This document shows positions 27,601 through 35,624 of a DNA stretch of 64,000 nt, in pieces. How positions within the stretch are numbered: the stretch's first letter is position 1; every line of letters starts with the position of its first letter. Origin of the DNA: Dehalococcoidia bacterium (GTDB lineage Bacteria; Chloroflexota; Dehalococcoidia; E44-bin15); assembly GCA_035528575.1 (NCBI GenBank), contig DATKYK010000005.1, forward strand, positions 30,381 through 94,380. Direction: 5' to 3'. The notes under the pieces are model-generated. The model was not told where the DNA came from. It searched no databases and worked only from the letters and a program-made list of their open reading frames with translations. The translations under genes were made by a program, and so were the position numbers.

Positions 27601-27652
27601 GGACAATAACCGGGTGGTTGAGGAGGAGAGAGAGAAGGAAAAGGTGACGTGA
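24611..27652 (+). CDS. nuoH/nuoI: Tripartite fusion: NuoH (aa 1-~330), an extra TM helix, the NuoI N-terminal segment, a GltD-like NAD(P)H/FAD oxidoreductase domain (~440 aa), the NuoI 2x[4Fe-4S] ferredoxin domain, and an acidic/basic tail
   Basis: The N-terminus matches NuoH through ...[50 protein letters not shown] is an added TM segment. [38 protein letters not shown] aligns with the NuoI N-terminus. [54 protein letters not shown] matches the GltD/DPD Fe-S N-domain. [17 protein letters not shown] is the FAD Rossmann motif and [31 protein letters not shown] the NAD(P)H Rossmann motif. [12 protein letters not shown] and [12 protein letters not shown] are the two NuoI CxxCxxCxxxCP motifs. No separate nuoI gene exists, and nuoJ overlaps the stop by 4 nt. 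Confidence 0.8.
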   Translation: [1013 protein letters not shown]

Positions 27653-28143
27653 TTGGTTTAGATATTGCCTTCTGGATTCTGGCGGTGGTGAGCGTTAGTG
27701 CGGCTCTGGCGGTGGTACTACTGCGCGATGTCTTCCGCGCCGCACTTTTCCTGATGCTATGCTTCCTCACCGTTGCCGGAATCTATATCACCCTGAGTGC
27801 CGATTTCCTTGCCGGCGCACAGGTGCTCATCTATGTGGGGGCCATCGGGGTGCTTATCATCTTCGCTATCATGCTTACCAGAGAGAGCCAGCGGGGCAGC
27901 CCCTCGGGGCGACTACGGCTCCCTGCCTTACTGATAGGGCTTTTCTTTCTAATAACCATGCTCTTTGTGGTGTTGAATACCGATTGGCATGTCGTCGCTG
28001 AGATTCCCACCCAGCCCACCACATCAGCGATCGCAGATGCCCTGTTTAATAAGGTGGATGGCTTCGTCCTTGCCTTCGAAATAGCAGCAGTGCTTCTGCT
28101 GGCAGCGATAATCGGGGCTATAGTGCTGGTGAGGGAGAAATAG
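27649..28143 (+). CDS. nuoJ: NADH-quinone oxidoreductase subunit J
   Basis: 164 aa, 5 TM, ND6-like. Position and size fit between the nuoH/I fusion and nuoK. Confidence 0.8.
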   Translation: MIGLDIAFWILAVVSVSAALAVVLLRDVFRAALFLMLCFLTVAGIYITLSADFLAGAQVLIYVGAIGVLIIFAIMLTRESQRGSPSGRLRLPALLIGLFFLITMLFVVLNTDWHVVAEIPTQPTTSAIADALFNKVDGFVLAFEIAAVLLLAAIIGAIVLVREK

Positions 28144-28146
28144 ACG

Positions 28147-28452
28147 ATGTCTGTTGGACTCGAGCATTTCTTGATCCTTTCAGCGGTGCTCTTCTCTATC
28201 GGGCTCTATGGCGTTCTGGCAAAGAGAAATGCGGTGATAATCCTGATGAGCATCGAGATAATGCTTGCTGCAGTGAGTATCTCTATGGCGGCTTTCTCCC
28301 GGTATAGCCATGTCATCACCGGACAGGTCTTTGTCATCTTTATTATGGTAGTCGCTGCCGCCGAGGTTACGGTTGGTCTGGCGCTTATAATTACCATCTA
28401 TCGAAGAAAGAAAACTGTGGATGCAGAGAAATTCGATCTAATGAAGTGGTAG
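28147..28452 (+). CDS. nuoK: NADH-quinone oxidoreductase subunit K
   Basis: 101 aa, 3 TM, ND4L-like (LEHFLILSAVLFSIGLYGVLAKRNAVIILMSIEIMLAAV). Confidence 0.85.
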   Translation: MSVGLEHFLILSAVLFSIGLYGVLAKRNAVIILMSIEIMLAAVSISMAAFSRYSHVITGQVFVIFIMVVAAAEVTVGLALIITIYRRKKTVDAEKFDLMKW

Positions 28453-28456
28453 TACT

Positions 28457-30379
28457 ATGCCGAATGTAGCAGTTTGGGCCATATTTCTATTGCCGTTCTT
28501 CTCCTTCCTCATTATCGCACTGATATTGAGGCCGTTTTTCAATCATAAGCCCCAGTTCAGCGCGTATACTACTATTTTTGCCATAGCGGGCTCTCTCGCA
28601 CTTTCTATCTGGGCACTAATCTCGGTCAATGGAGCGGAGCATCATGTCCTGACGGACGTCAGCTACCAGTGGTTGTCCATCGGCGATATGGCGATCAATA
28701 TTGGTATTACGATGGACTCGCTGGCAGCGATAATGGTAGTTGCAGTCAGCACCATAAGCTTACTGGTACAGATATACTCCATAGGTTATATGAAGGGAGA
28801 CGGGGGACTTGCCCGCTATTTTGCCTTCATGTCGCTTTTCACCGGTTCGATGCTGGGGCTAGTGATGGCCAACAACCTCCTCTTCCTGTTTCTGTTCTGG
28901 GAGGGTGTAGGGCTCTGCTCATACCTCCTTATCGGATTCTGGTTCCATAAGCCCGAGGCAGCTAGGGCAGCGATGAAGGCCTTCTTGGTAACCCGTCTCG
29001 GTGACTTCGGCTTCCTGGTCGCGGTCATACTCCTCTACGTCAAAACCGGCACATTCGATATCGGGGAACTTCATACGCTCGCCCTTGCGGGGGTACTAGG
29101 CGGTTCAACGCTTACCTTAGCGGCTATCGGCATCTTCTCGGGGGCGGTGGGAAAATCGGGCCAGTTCCCACTACATGTATGGCTCCCCGATGCCATGGAG
29201 GGCCCGACACCAGTCAGTGCCCTAATCCATGCCGCTACCATGGTAACTGCAGGCGTCTACTTGGTTGCGCGTATGTTCCCCGTGTTCGCATCATCGGAGA
29301 CAGCGATCACTATAGTGGCCATAATTGGAGGCTTTACCGCAATATTCGCTGCTTCTATGGGTCTGGTGGCGACCGATGTTAAGCGCGTTCTGGCATACTC
29401 CACCATCAGCCAGCTCGGCTATATGATGCTGGGACTGGGAGCAGTCGGTATAGGTTATGCCAGCGGTCACTTAGATGAGCATCATGCCCTGGCGCTGGGT
29501 GTAGCGGTGGCAATCTTCCATCTGTTCACCCATGCCTTCTTCAAGGCGCTACTCTTCCTGGGAGCAGGCAGCGTCAGCCACGCTACGGGAACCTTCGATA
29601 TGCGGATGATGGGAGGACTCAGGAAGGTGCAACCCTGGACATATGCCACCTTCGTAATAGGCTCATTGAGCCTTGCCGGGATCTGGCCGCTGGCGGGATT
29701 CTGGAGCAAAGAAGGCATCCTGCACGAAGCAAATGCGTACACTCCAGTTTTATTCTGGTTAGCGATGATCACCGTCTTCATGACCGCCTTCTATATGTTC
29801 CGCGCAGTATTTCTCACCTTCCATGGAGAGTACCGGGGTGATGTGGAAGGCAGTCATAGCCATGGCCTGCATGAGTCGCCCAAGATTATGATCATCCCAC
29901 TTGTTATTCTAGCCATATTTGCAGTAATTGCGGGGTGGCTGCCAGTTGGAGATTTCTTAGGGGCGGATGTCCATTTCAGCTTCTTTGGCGCCCTCACCAG
30001 CTGGTTGGCCTGGGCGTCGCTCGGTTTTGGAATCGCCGGTATCTTGCTAGCCTATGCCATATACGGAAGGAAGCTAGTGTCAGCGAAATCTATCGGGCAG
30101 AGCCTTGGCCCCATCTATACCTTACTCATCCGTAAATACTTCTTTGATGAGCTTTACGAGAGATTCTTCTTGATGAGATTCTTTATAGACGGCATTTCCG
30201 CCGCCCTTGAATGGATCGACACATACATTGTTGACGGTGCGGTAAACGGCATCGCCACGGTTACAGTGGCGGGCGGGAGCCTTATGCGGAGGCTAGAAAC
30301 GGGACAGCTACAGGTCTATGGACTGTCCATATTTGTCGGCATCCTGGCAATCGTAGCTTTCCTGCTCATATTTAGCTAG
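28457..30379 (+). CDS. nuoL: NADH-quinone oxidoreductase subunit L (antiporter-like)
   Basis: 640 aa. ND5/MrpA-type antiporter core (...WLPDAMEGPTPVSALIHAATMVTAGVYL...). Confidence 0.9.
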   Translation: MPNVAVWAIFLLPFFSFLIIALILRPFFNHKPQFSAYTTIFAIAGSLALSIWALISVNGAEHHVLTDVSYQWLSIGDMAINIGITMDSLAAIMVVAVSTISLLVQIYSIGYMKGDGGLARYFAFMSLFTGSMLGLVMANNLLFLFLFWEGVGLCSYLLIGFWFHKPEAARAAMKAFLVTRLGDFGFLVAVILLYVKTGTFDIGELHTLALAGVLGGSTLTLAAIGIFSGAVGKSGQFPLHVWLPDAMEGPTPVSALIHAATMVTAGVYLVARMFPVFASSETAITIVAIIGGFTAIFAASMGLVATDVKRVLAYSTISQLGYMMLGLGAVGIGYASGHLDEHHALALGVAVAIFHLFTHAFFKALLFLGAGSVSHATGTFDMRMMGGLRKVQPWTYATFVIGSLSLAGIWPLAGFWSKEGILHEANAYTPVLFWLAMITVFMTAFYMFRAVFLTFHGEYRGDVEGSHSHGLHESPKIMIIPLVILAIFAVIAGWLPVGDFLGADVHFSFFGALTSWLAWASLGFGIAGILLAYAIYGRKLVSAKSIGQSLGPIYTLLIRKYFFDELYERFFLMRFFIDGISAALEWIDTYIVDGAVNGIATVTVAGGSLMRRLETGQLQVYGLSIFVGILAIVAFLLIFS

Positions 30380-30395
30380 AAATTAGGAGGAAAGG

Positions 30396-31877
30396 TTGGA
30401 TTTTCCTTATCTATCGGTAATAATTTTCCTCCCCCTCATCGGGGCAATAGTCATTGCCCTGCTGGGGGCTAACCACAGGCGTATAAAGCTCACTGCCACT
30501 GCCTTTGCCGCGGTATCGTTTATATTGTCGCTGGCTCTCTTCTCCATGTTCGACCGCTCACTTGACGGGCCCCAGTTTGTGGAACAGGTGTCGTGGATCC
30601 CGGCAATCGATGTCCAGTACTTTATGGGCGTCGACGGGTTAAGCCTGCCCTTAGTAATCCTTACCACCTTTATCGGCCTCGTCGCAGTGCTTGTATCGTG
30701 GAAGATAGACCTCAGGGTCAGGGAATACTTTGCCTGGCTCCTGGTACTGGAAACGGGCATCCTGGGAGTGTTCTGCTCCCTGGATCTTCTCCTATTCTTC
30801 ATCTTCTGGGAGGTGGAGCTGATACCGATGTATATGCTCATCTCCATCTGGGGCACGGGGAGGAAGGAGTACTCGGCAATCAAGTTCGTCCTCTATACCC
30901 TCTTCGGCAGCGCCTTTATGCTTGCCGGCATCCTGCTTCTCTATTTCCAGGCGGGTACCTTCGATATGATAGCGCTGGCGGGAATGGGCCTCGACTCCAT
31001 CCTCAGCTCAATGATGGCAGCGTCGATATTCTTCCTTATTATCGCTGCCTATGCGATTAAGCTGCCCATTTTCCCCTTACACACATGGCTCCCCGATGCG
31101 CATACCGATGCCCCAACCGCGGTGAGCGTAGTGCTCGCCGGAGTGCTCCTCAAGATGGGGGGCTACGGTATGATACGGGTTGCGGTGGGCATATTCCCTG
31201 AGACTGCGCATAGCTATGCGCCGTTCTTCATTGTGCTAGCGGTTGTCGGTGTGATTTACGGTGCGGCATTGACGTTGCGGCAGACCGATCTAAAGAGACT
31301 GATCGCTTACAGCAGCGTGAGCCATATGGGCTTCGTCCTACTCGGCATTTTTGCCTTATCCCATGTGAGCATGACCGGCGCCGTGCTGCAGATGGTCAGC
31401 CACGGCGTCATAACCGGACTCCTATTTGCGTCGGTTGGGCTAGTCTACAGCAAAACGCATGAGCGTAGCATCCCCAAGCTTGGCGGGCTGGTGCGTCAGA
31501 TGCCGGTAGTCGCGGTCGTCTTCAGCATTGCCGGCCTTGCCGCCTTGGGCCTTCCTGGCACTAGCGGTTTCGCCGCCGAGGTCATAACCTTCATTGGTAG
31601 CTTCGGCAGCACCATGGTTTCCGGCATTCAGGTCTACACCATTCTGGCAATTACCGGGGTGGTGCTGGGTGCGGGGTACATCCTGTGGATGCTGCGGCGC
31701 GTGTTCTACGGCCCGCCTAGGGATGAATATAATGGTGCACCCGATGCTGACAGGCTGGAAAAGGTGTACACATTCGCCTTTATAGCTTTGATCATGCTCA
31801 TCGGGCTCTATCCGGCAATACTCACCGATGTTATTAAACCAAGCATTCAGTCAATTCTTGGGGTGTTCAGTGGGTGA
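30396..31877 (+). CDS. nuoM: NADH-quinone oxidoreductase subunit M (antiporter-like)
   Basis: 493 aa, ND4-type (...WLPDAHTDAPTAVSVVLAGVLLKMGGYG...). Confidence 0.9.
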   Translation: MDFPYLSVIIFLPLIGAIVIALLGANHRRIKLTATAFAAVSFILSLALFSMFDRSLDGPQFVEQVSWIPAIDVQYFMGVDGLSLPLVILTTFIGLVAVLVSWKIDLRVREYFAWLLVLETGILGVFCSLDLLLFFIFWEVELIPMYMLISIWGTGRKEYSAIKFVLYTLFGSAFMLAGILLLYFQAGTFDMIALAGMGLDSILSSMMAASIFFLIIAAYAIKLPIFPLHTWLPDAHTDAPTAVSVVLAGVLLKMGGYGMIRVAVGIFPETAHSYAPFFIVLAVVGVIYGAALTLRQTDLKRLIAYSSVSHMGFVLLGIFALSHVSMTGAVLQMVSHGVITGLLFASVGLVYSKTHERSIPKLGGLVRQMPVVAVVFSIAGLAALGLPGTSGFAAEVITFIGSFGSTMVSGIQVYTILAITGVVLGAGYILWMLRRVFYGPPRDEYNGAPDADRLEKVYTFAFIALIMLIGLYPAILTDVIKPSIQSILGVFSG

Positions 31878-32292
31878 GATAAAGGTAGCAGTTGGAGCCG
31901 TGATCGGTGATGAGGAGGGGCGGGTCCTGCTAGTAAAGCATGTGCCGGAGAGGAATGGTTTCTGGCAGGGGAAATGGATCTGCCCCGGGGGTACACTGGA
32001 ATTTGGGAAAGGTATCGAGGAGGGAATAACGAGGGAAGTGAAGGAGGAAACCGATCTCCAGATACAACTGCAGACTCTGCTACCTCCCTTCGAGCGGATC
32101 GTAAAGTCGGATAGTGAGACAACGCTTCACGTTATTTACATTGATTCTATAGCACGCTTGATCGGGAGGGAATTCCGACCGGGCAGCGACGTGGGCGAAG
32201 GAATCTGGGTTTCACCAGAAGATCTCCCGAAGATATGGGATGATCTGCACGAGGATACCCAGAAGCTACTAAATTTAGCGAAGGTGGTTTAA
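31870..32292 (+). CDS. NUDIX hydrolase inserted between nuoM and nuoN
   Basis: Nudix box GGTLEFGKGIEEGITREVKEETDL (GX5EX7REUXEEXGU). Likely GTG start at 31870, overlapping the nuoM stop. The ORF track's longer form starts at 31828. Confidence 0.65.
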   Translation: MGEIKVAVGAVIGDEEGRVLLVKHVPERNGFWQGKWICPGGTLEFGKGIEEGITREVKEETDLQIQLQTLLPPFERIVKSDSETTLHVIYIDSIARLIGREFRPGSDVGEGIWVSPEDLPKIWDDLHEDTQKLLNLAKVV

Positions 32293-32302
32293 GGAGCGAG
32301 CA

Positions 32303-33724
32303 TTGGATCTTTATCTGTTGTCACCTGAGATAAGCCTCCTGGCCCTGGCTCTGGTTGTGATCCTCCTCGACCTATTCATCAAGGAAAAGTGGATCCTGGG
32401 ATGGGTGAGCATTATCGGGCTCATCGTGCCTGCCATCTTCGCTCTATCCCTATGGGGTAGAAATGAGACATCCTTCGGCGGCACGCTGGCTGTTGACTAT
32501 TTCTCTATCTTCTTCTGCCTACTTTTCCTAGGAGTGGCAGCTCTAATACTACTGTCCTCTACTGAGTATGCCCGTAAGTTCAACGCCTTTCGCGCGGAGT
32601 ACTATGCCCTGGTGCTCTTGGCTACCACGGGGATGATGTTGCTGGCATCAACTAGGGAGCTGATCTCTATCTTCATAGCCCTAGAGTTGACCGGAATATC
32701 TCTTTATGTCTTAACCGGCTTTCTCAAGGATCCCAAGTCCAGCGAGGCGGGATTGAAGTACCTGCTCCTGGGTGCAGTGGCCAGCGCGGTGCTGCTATAT
32801 GGTATGGCGCTTGTCTTCGGGCTAACCGGTACCACCCATCTTGAGGGGATTGCCGCGGCTATTTCATCTCAGAGTCTGTTGGCAAGTCCGGCGCTCCTCA
32901 TGGGCATCGTTCTACTAGTTGCCGGCTTCGGCTTTAAGATCGCCAGCGTTCCCTTCCAGATGTGGGTCCCCGATGTTTATGAAGGGGCGCCCACACCAAT
33001 TACCGCTTATCTCTCTGTAGCCAGCAAGGCGGCGGGCTTTGCGATTGTACTGAGGGTCTTCTATGAGGCCTTCGGGGCGGCGAGCGCGGACTGGGGGATG
33101 ATATTCGCCGTGATTGCTGCCATCACCATGACCGTAGGCAATGTGGTCGCCATCGCCCAGAAGAACATCAAGCGCATGCTGGGGTACTCCAGCATCGCCC
33201 AGGCGGGCTATCTTATAATCGGGCTGGCGGCGGTTACCACCCAGGCAAGTAGCGCGCTAATCTTCTTCCTGGCATGCTACGCCCTCACCAATCTTGGGGC
33301 GTTTATCGCCATTATTGCCATCTCCAACAAGATCAACAGCGATGAAATCGCTGACTATTCCGGTATGGTGCGGCGGGCCCCGCTATATGCCATAGCCTTG
33401 GCGCTCTGCCTCATCTCACTTGCCGGCATCCCGCCTACCGCAGGGTTCATGGCCAAGGTCTATATCTTCAGTGCCGGCGTTAACGCCGAGCTGTTATGGC
33501 TGGTTATCATTGCCGTTATTAACTCGGTGATCTCGGCATACTACTATTTGAGGGTAGTACGCGTGATGTTCCTGGGAGAGCCACTATCAGAGGAGAAGGT
33601 ACATGCCTCAATTGGGCTCCGCGTTGCACTTTCCATCGCCTGCCTCGGGGTGTTAGCGCTCGGTATTTACCCCTGGATGCTGATGAAGTTTGCAGAGACT
33701 GCCGCTAGTATCTTTCTCCCTTGA
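32303..33724 (+). CDS. nuoN: NADH-quinone oxidoreductase subunit N (antiporter-like)
   Basis: 473 aa, ND2-type (...WVPDVYEGAPTPITAYLSVASKAAGF...). Confidence 0.9.
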   Translation: MDLYLLSPEISLLALALVVILLDLFIKEKWILGWVSIIGLIVPAIFALSLWGRNETSFGGTLAVDYFSIFFCLLFLGVAALILLSSTEYARKFNAFRAEYYALVLLATTGMMLLASTRELISIFIALELTGISLYVLTGFLKDPKSSEAGLKYLLLGAVASAVLLYGMALVFGLTGTTHLEGIAAAISSQSLLASPALLMGIVLLVAGFGFKIASVPFQMWVPDVYEGAPTPITAYLSVASKAAGFAIVLRVFYEAFGAASADWGMIFAVIAAITMTVGNVVAIAQKNIKRMLGYSSIAQAGYLIIGLAAVTTQASSALIFFLACYALTNLGAFIAIIAISNKINSDEIADYSGMVRRAPLYAIALALCLISLAGIPPTAGFMAKVYIFSAGVNAELLWLVIIAVINSVISAYYYLRVVRVMFLGEPLSEEKVHASIGLRVALSIACLGVLALGIYPWMLMKFAETAASIFLP

Positions 33725-33808
33725 CAGCCCTTATGAGCAATGCTAGACTTCCCAGTGCAATTTAGCCTAAAAATCTTTGTTGTTTTGATTAGGTATTGAG
33801 AGCAGTTC

Positions 33809-34624
33809 TTGAAGCGGGTTGGTATTCTCTATCATCCAAAGATCGCTGCTGCCAGGGCTTTTGCCGAGGAGTTGGCAGACTTTTTACCCTCCCTGAATGC
33901 GCTTGTTTGGCTCTGTTCTGCCTGGGATGAGGAGAGTGCCGGGGCCCAGATTGAGAGCACGGAGCTAGTCCTCAGCATTGGCGGCGATGGCACTATATTG
34001 CGGGCAGCGCGCGCTGTCGCACCTAAGTCCATTCCCATTGTGGGGATAAATCTGGGCAGGCTTGGGTTTATGACCGAGCTTAGCGTTGAGCAGGCTAGGG
34101 ATGGACTCACTGCCTTACTGGCAGGAGAGGGCTGGGTTGATGAGCGCGCTATGCTCCAGGCAAAACTGCCAGGCAAACGAACATATCATGCCTTAAACGA
34201 CATTGTCATAGGGCGTGGCGCCATATCCAGGGTAATCTACGTGGAGACCACCATCGATGGTGCTCCTTTAACCACCTACAAGGCGGATGGTGTCATTCTC
34301 GCCACTGCAACCGGAAGCACAGGACACTCCCTGGCCGCAGGTGGACCCATCCTCTATCCCCAGTCTAGGGAGATCCTATTAAACCCCATTTCCCCCCACC
34401 TCACCTTCGCCAAGGCGGTGGTGCTTCCACCCACAGCCATCGTTGAGCTAAAAGTGCACACCGACCATCAAGCGATGCTCAGCATCGACGGTCAGATTAA
34501 CCTGTCGCTGGAAAGCGGTGATGAAGTTAAGGTCAACCTCAGCCATCACGTAGCCCGTTTCCTCAGGGTTCAGCCGCGTGGCTATTACTACACCGTCCTG
34601 ATGGAGAGATTGGTGCCAAAATGA
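33809..34624 (+). CDS. nadK: NAD(+)/NADH kinase
   Basis: 271 aa. GGDGTILRAAR and NDIVIGRG...DGVILATATGSTGHSLAAGGPI motifs. TTG start. Confidence 0.85.
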   Translation: MKRVGILYHPKIAAARAFAEELADFLPSLNALVWLCSAWDEESAGAQIESTELVLSIGGDGTILRAARAVAPKSIPIVGINLGRLGFMTELSVEQARDGLTALLAGEGWVDERAMLQAKLPGKRTYHALNDIVIGRGAISRVIYVETTIDGAPLTTYKADGVILATATGSTGHSLAAGGPILYPQSREILLNPISPHLTFAKAVVLPPTAIVELKVHTDHQAMLSIDGQINLSLESGDEVKVNLSHHVARFLRVQPRGYYYTVLMERLVPK

Positions 34625-35085
34625 AGGCGGAAAGGGCCCGCATTAGTGACATACCTCATATTCACAAGCTGGTCAATCACTTTGCCGATAAGGGAGAGAT
34701 GTTGCCCCGCGCCCGGAGCGAGCTCTATGAGAACGTGAGGGACTTTTTCGTGGTACTCGATGACGAACAACTGGTTGCCTGTGCCGCGCTTCATATATTC
34801 TGGTCCGATCTGGCAGAGATAAGGGCTGTATCCGTGGTCGAGGGGATGCAGGATCAGGGGGCCGGCACTCTGCTGATTCAGGCTTGCCTTGAAGAGGCGA
34901 CTAGTATGGGGATGAAGACCATCTTCTGTCTCACCTACAGGCCCGATTTCTTCGAGCACTTTGGCTTTCGACAGGTGGACAAAAAGGAGCTACCGCACAA
35001 GATATGGGGGGAGTGTTTTCGCTGCCCCAAGTTCCCCGACTGCGATGAGGTGGCACTAATTTATAAGCCGGAATCTTCGTGCTGA
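34621..35085 (+). CDS. GNAT-family N-acetyltransferase (N-acetylglutamate-synthase-like)
   Basis: 154 aa. Acetyl-CoA binding segment VSVVEGMQDQGAGTLLIQACLEEA. Confidence 0.6.
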   Translation: MKAERARISDIPHIHKLVNHFADKGEMLPRARSELYENVRDFFVVLDDEQLVACAALHIFWSDLAEIRAVSVVEGMQDQGAGTLLIQACLEEATSMGMKTIFCLTYRPDFFEHFGFRQVDKKELPHKIWGECFRCPKFPDCDEVALIYKPESSC

Positions 35086-35624
35086 TGGATGAGCAAACCC
35101 TAGACAGCAGACAAATATATGACGGGCGCCGGGTGAAACTTCGCCTCGATAGGGTGGTGCTCCACGGCGGCAGGGAGACCACCCGGGAGGTGGTAGAGCA
35201 CCCGGATTGTGTCGCCATTATTGCCCTCGACGCGGATGATAATGTTATCCTGGTACGCCAATTTCGCCAAGCGGCAGCGCAAGAGCTTCTGGAGGTCCCC
35301 GCCGGCGTCATCGAACCCGGCGAGGAGCCACTGAAGAGTGCCCTGAGGGAGCTAGCGGAAGAGAGCGGGTATATCGCCGGGAGGATTGAGCGGCTTGGCG
35401 GTTTCTACAGCAGCCCGGGATACTCCACCGAGTTTTTGCACCTTTTCCTCGCCACTGAACTCAAGCCCGGTCCCAGCCAGGCCCATGAGGACGAGATTTT
35501 GGAGGTGGTACCCATCCCATTGAAACAGGTTCACCGCCTGATTAAATCGGGTGAGATCCGGGATGCCAAGAGCATAGCCGGCCTCTTGGCCCTATCCCTG
35601 CACCGGGGGAAGAGCGAAGCATGA
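35079..35624 (+). CDS. nudF: ADP-ribose pyrophosphatase (NUDIX)
   Basis: 181 aa. Nudix box GVIEPGEEPLKSALRELAEESG plus a NudF-like N-terminal beta domain. Confidence 0.75.
   Translation: MLMDEQTLDSRQIYDGRRVKLRLDRVVLHGGRETTREVVEHPDCVAIIALDADDNVILVRQFRQAAAQELLEVPAGVIEPGEEPLKSALRELAEESGYIAGRIERLGGFYSSPGYSTEFLHLFLATELKPGPSQAHEDEILEVVPIPLKQVHRLIKSGEIRDAKSIAGLLALSLHRGKSEA

Noticed and set aside
24611-27652. The 1013-aa fusion might be an assembly or frameshift artefact joining three genes
   Set aside because: Not adopted. Three independent in-frame junctions would be needed. There is no separate nuoI start or RBS before the ferredoxin domain, and nuoJ overlaps the common stop. This still needs read-level confirmation (listed in the finding).
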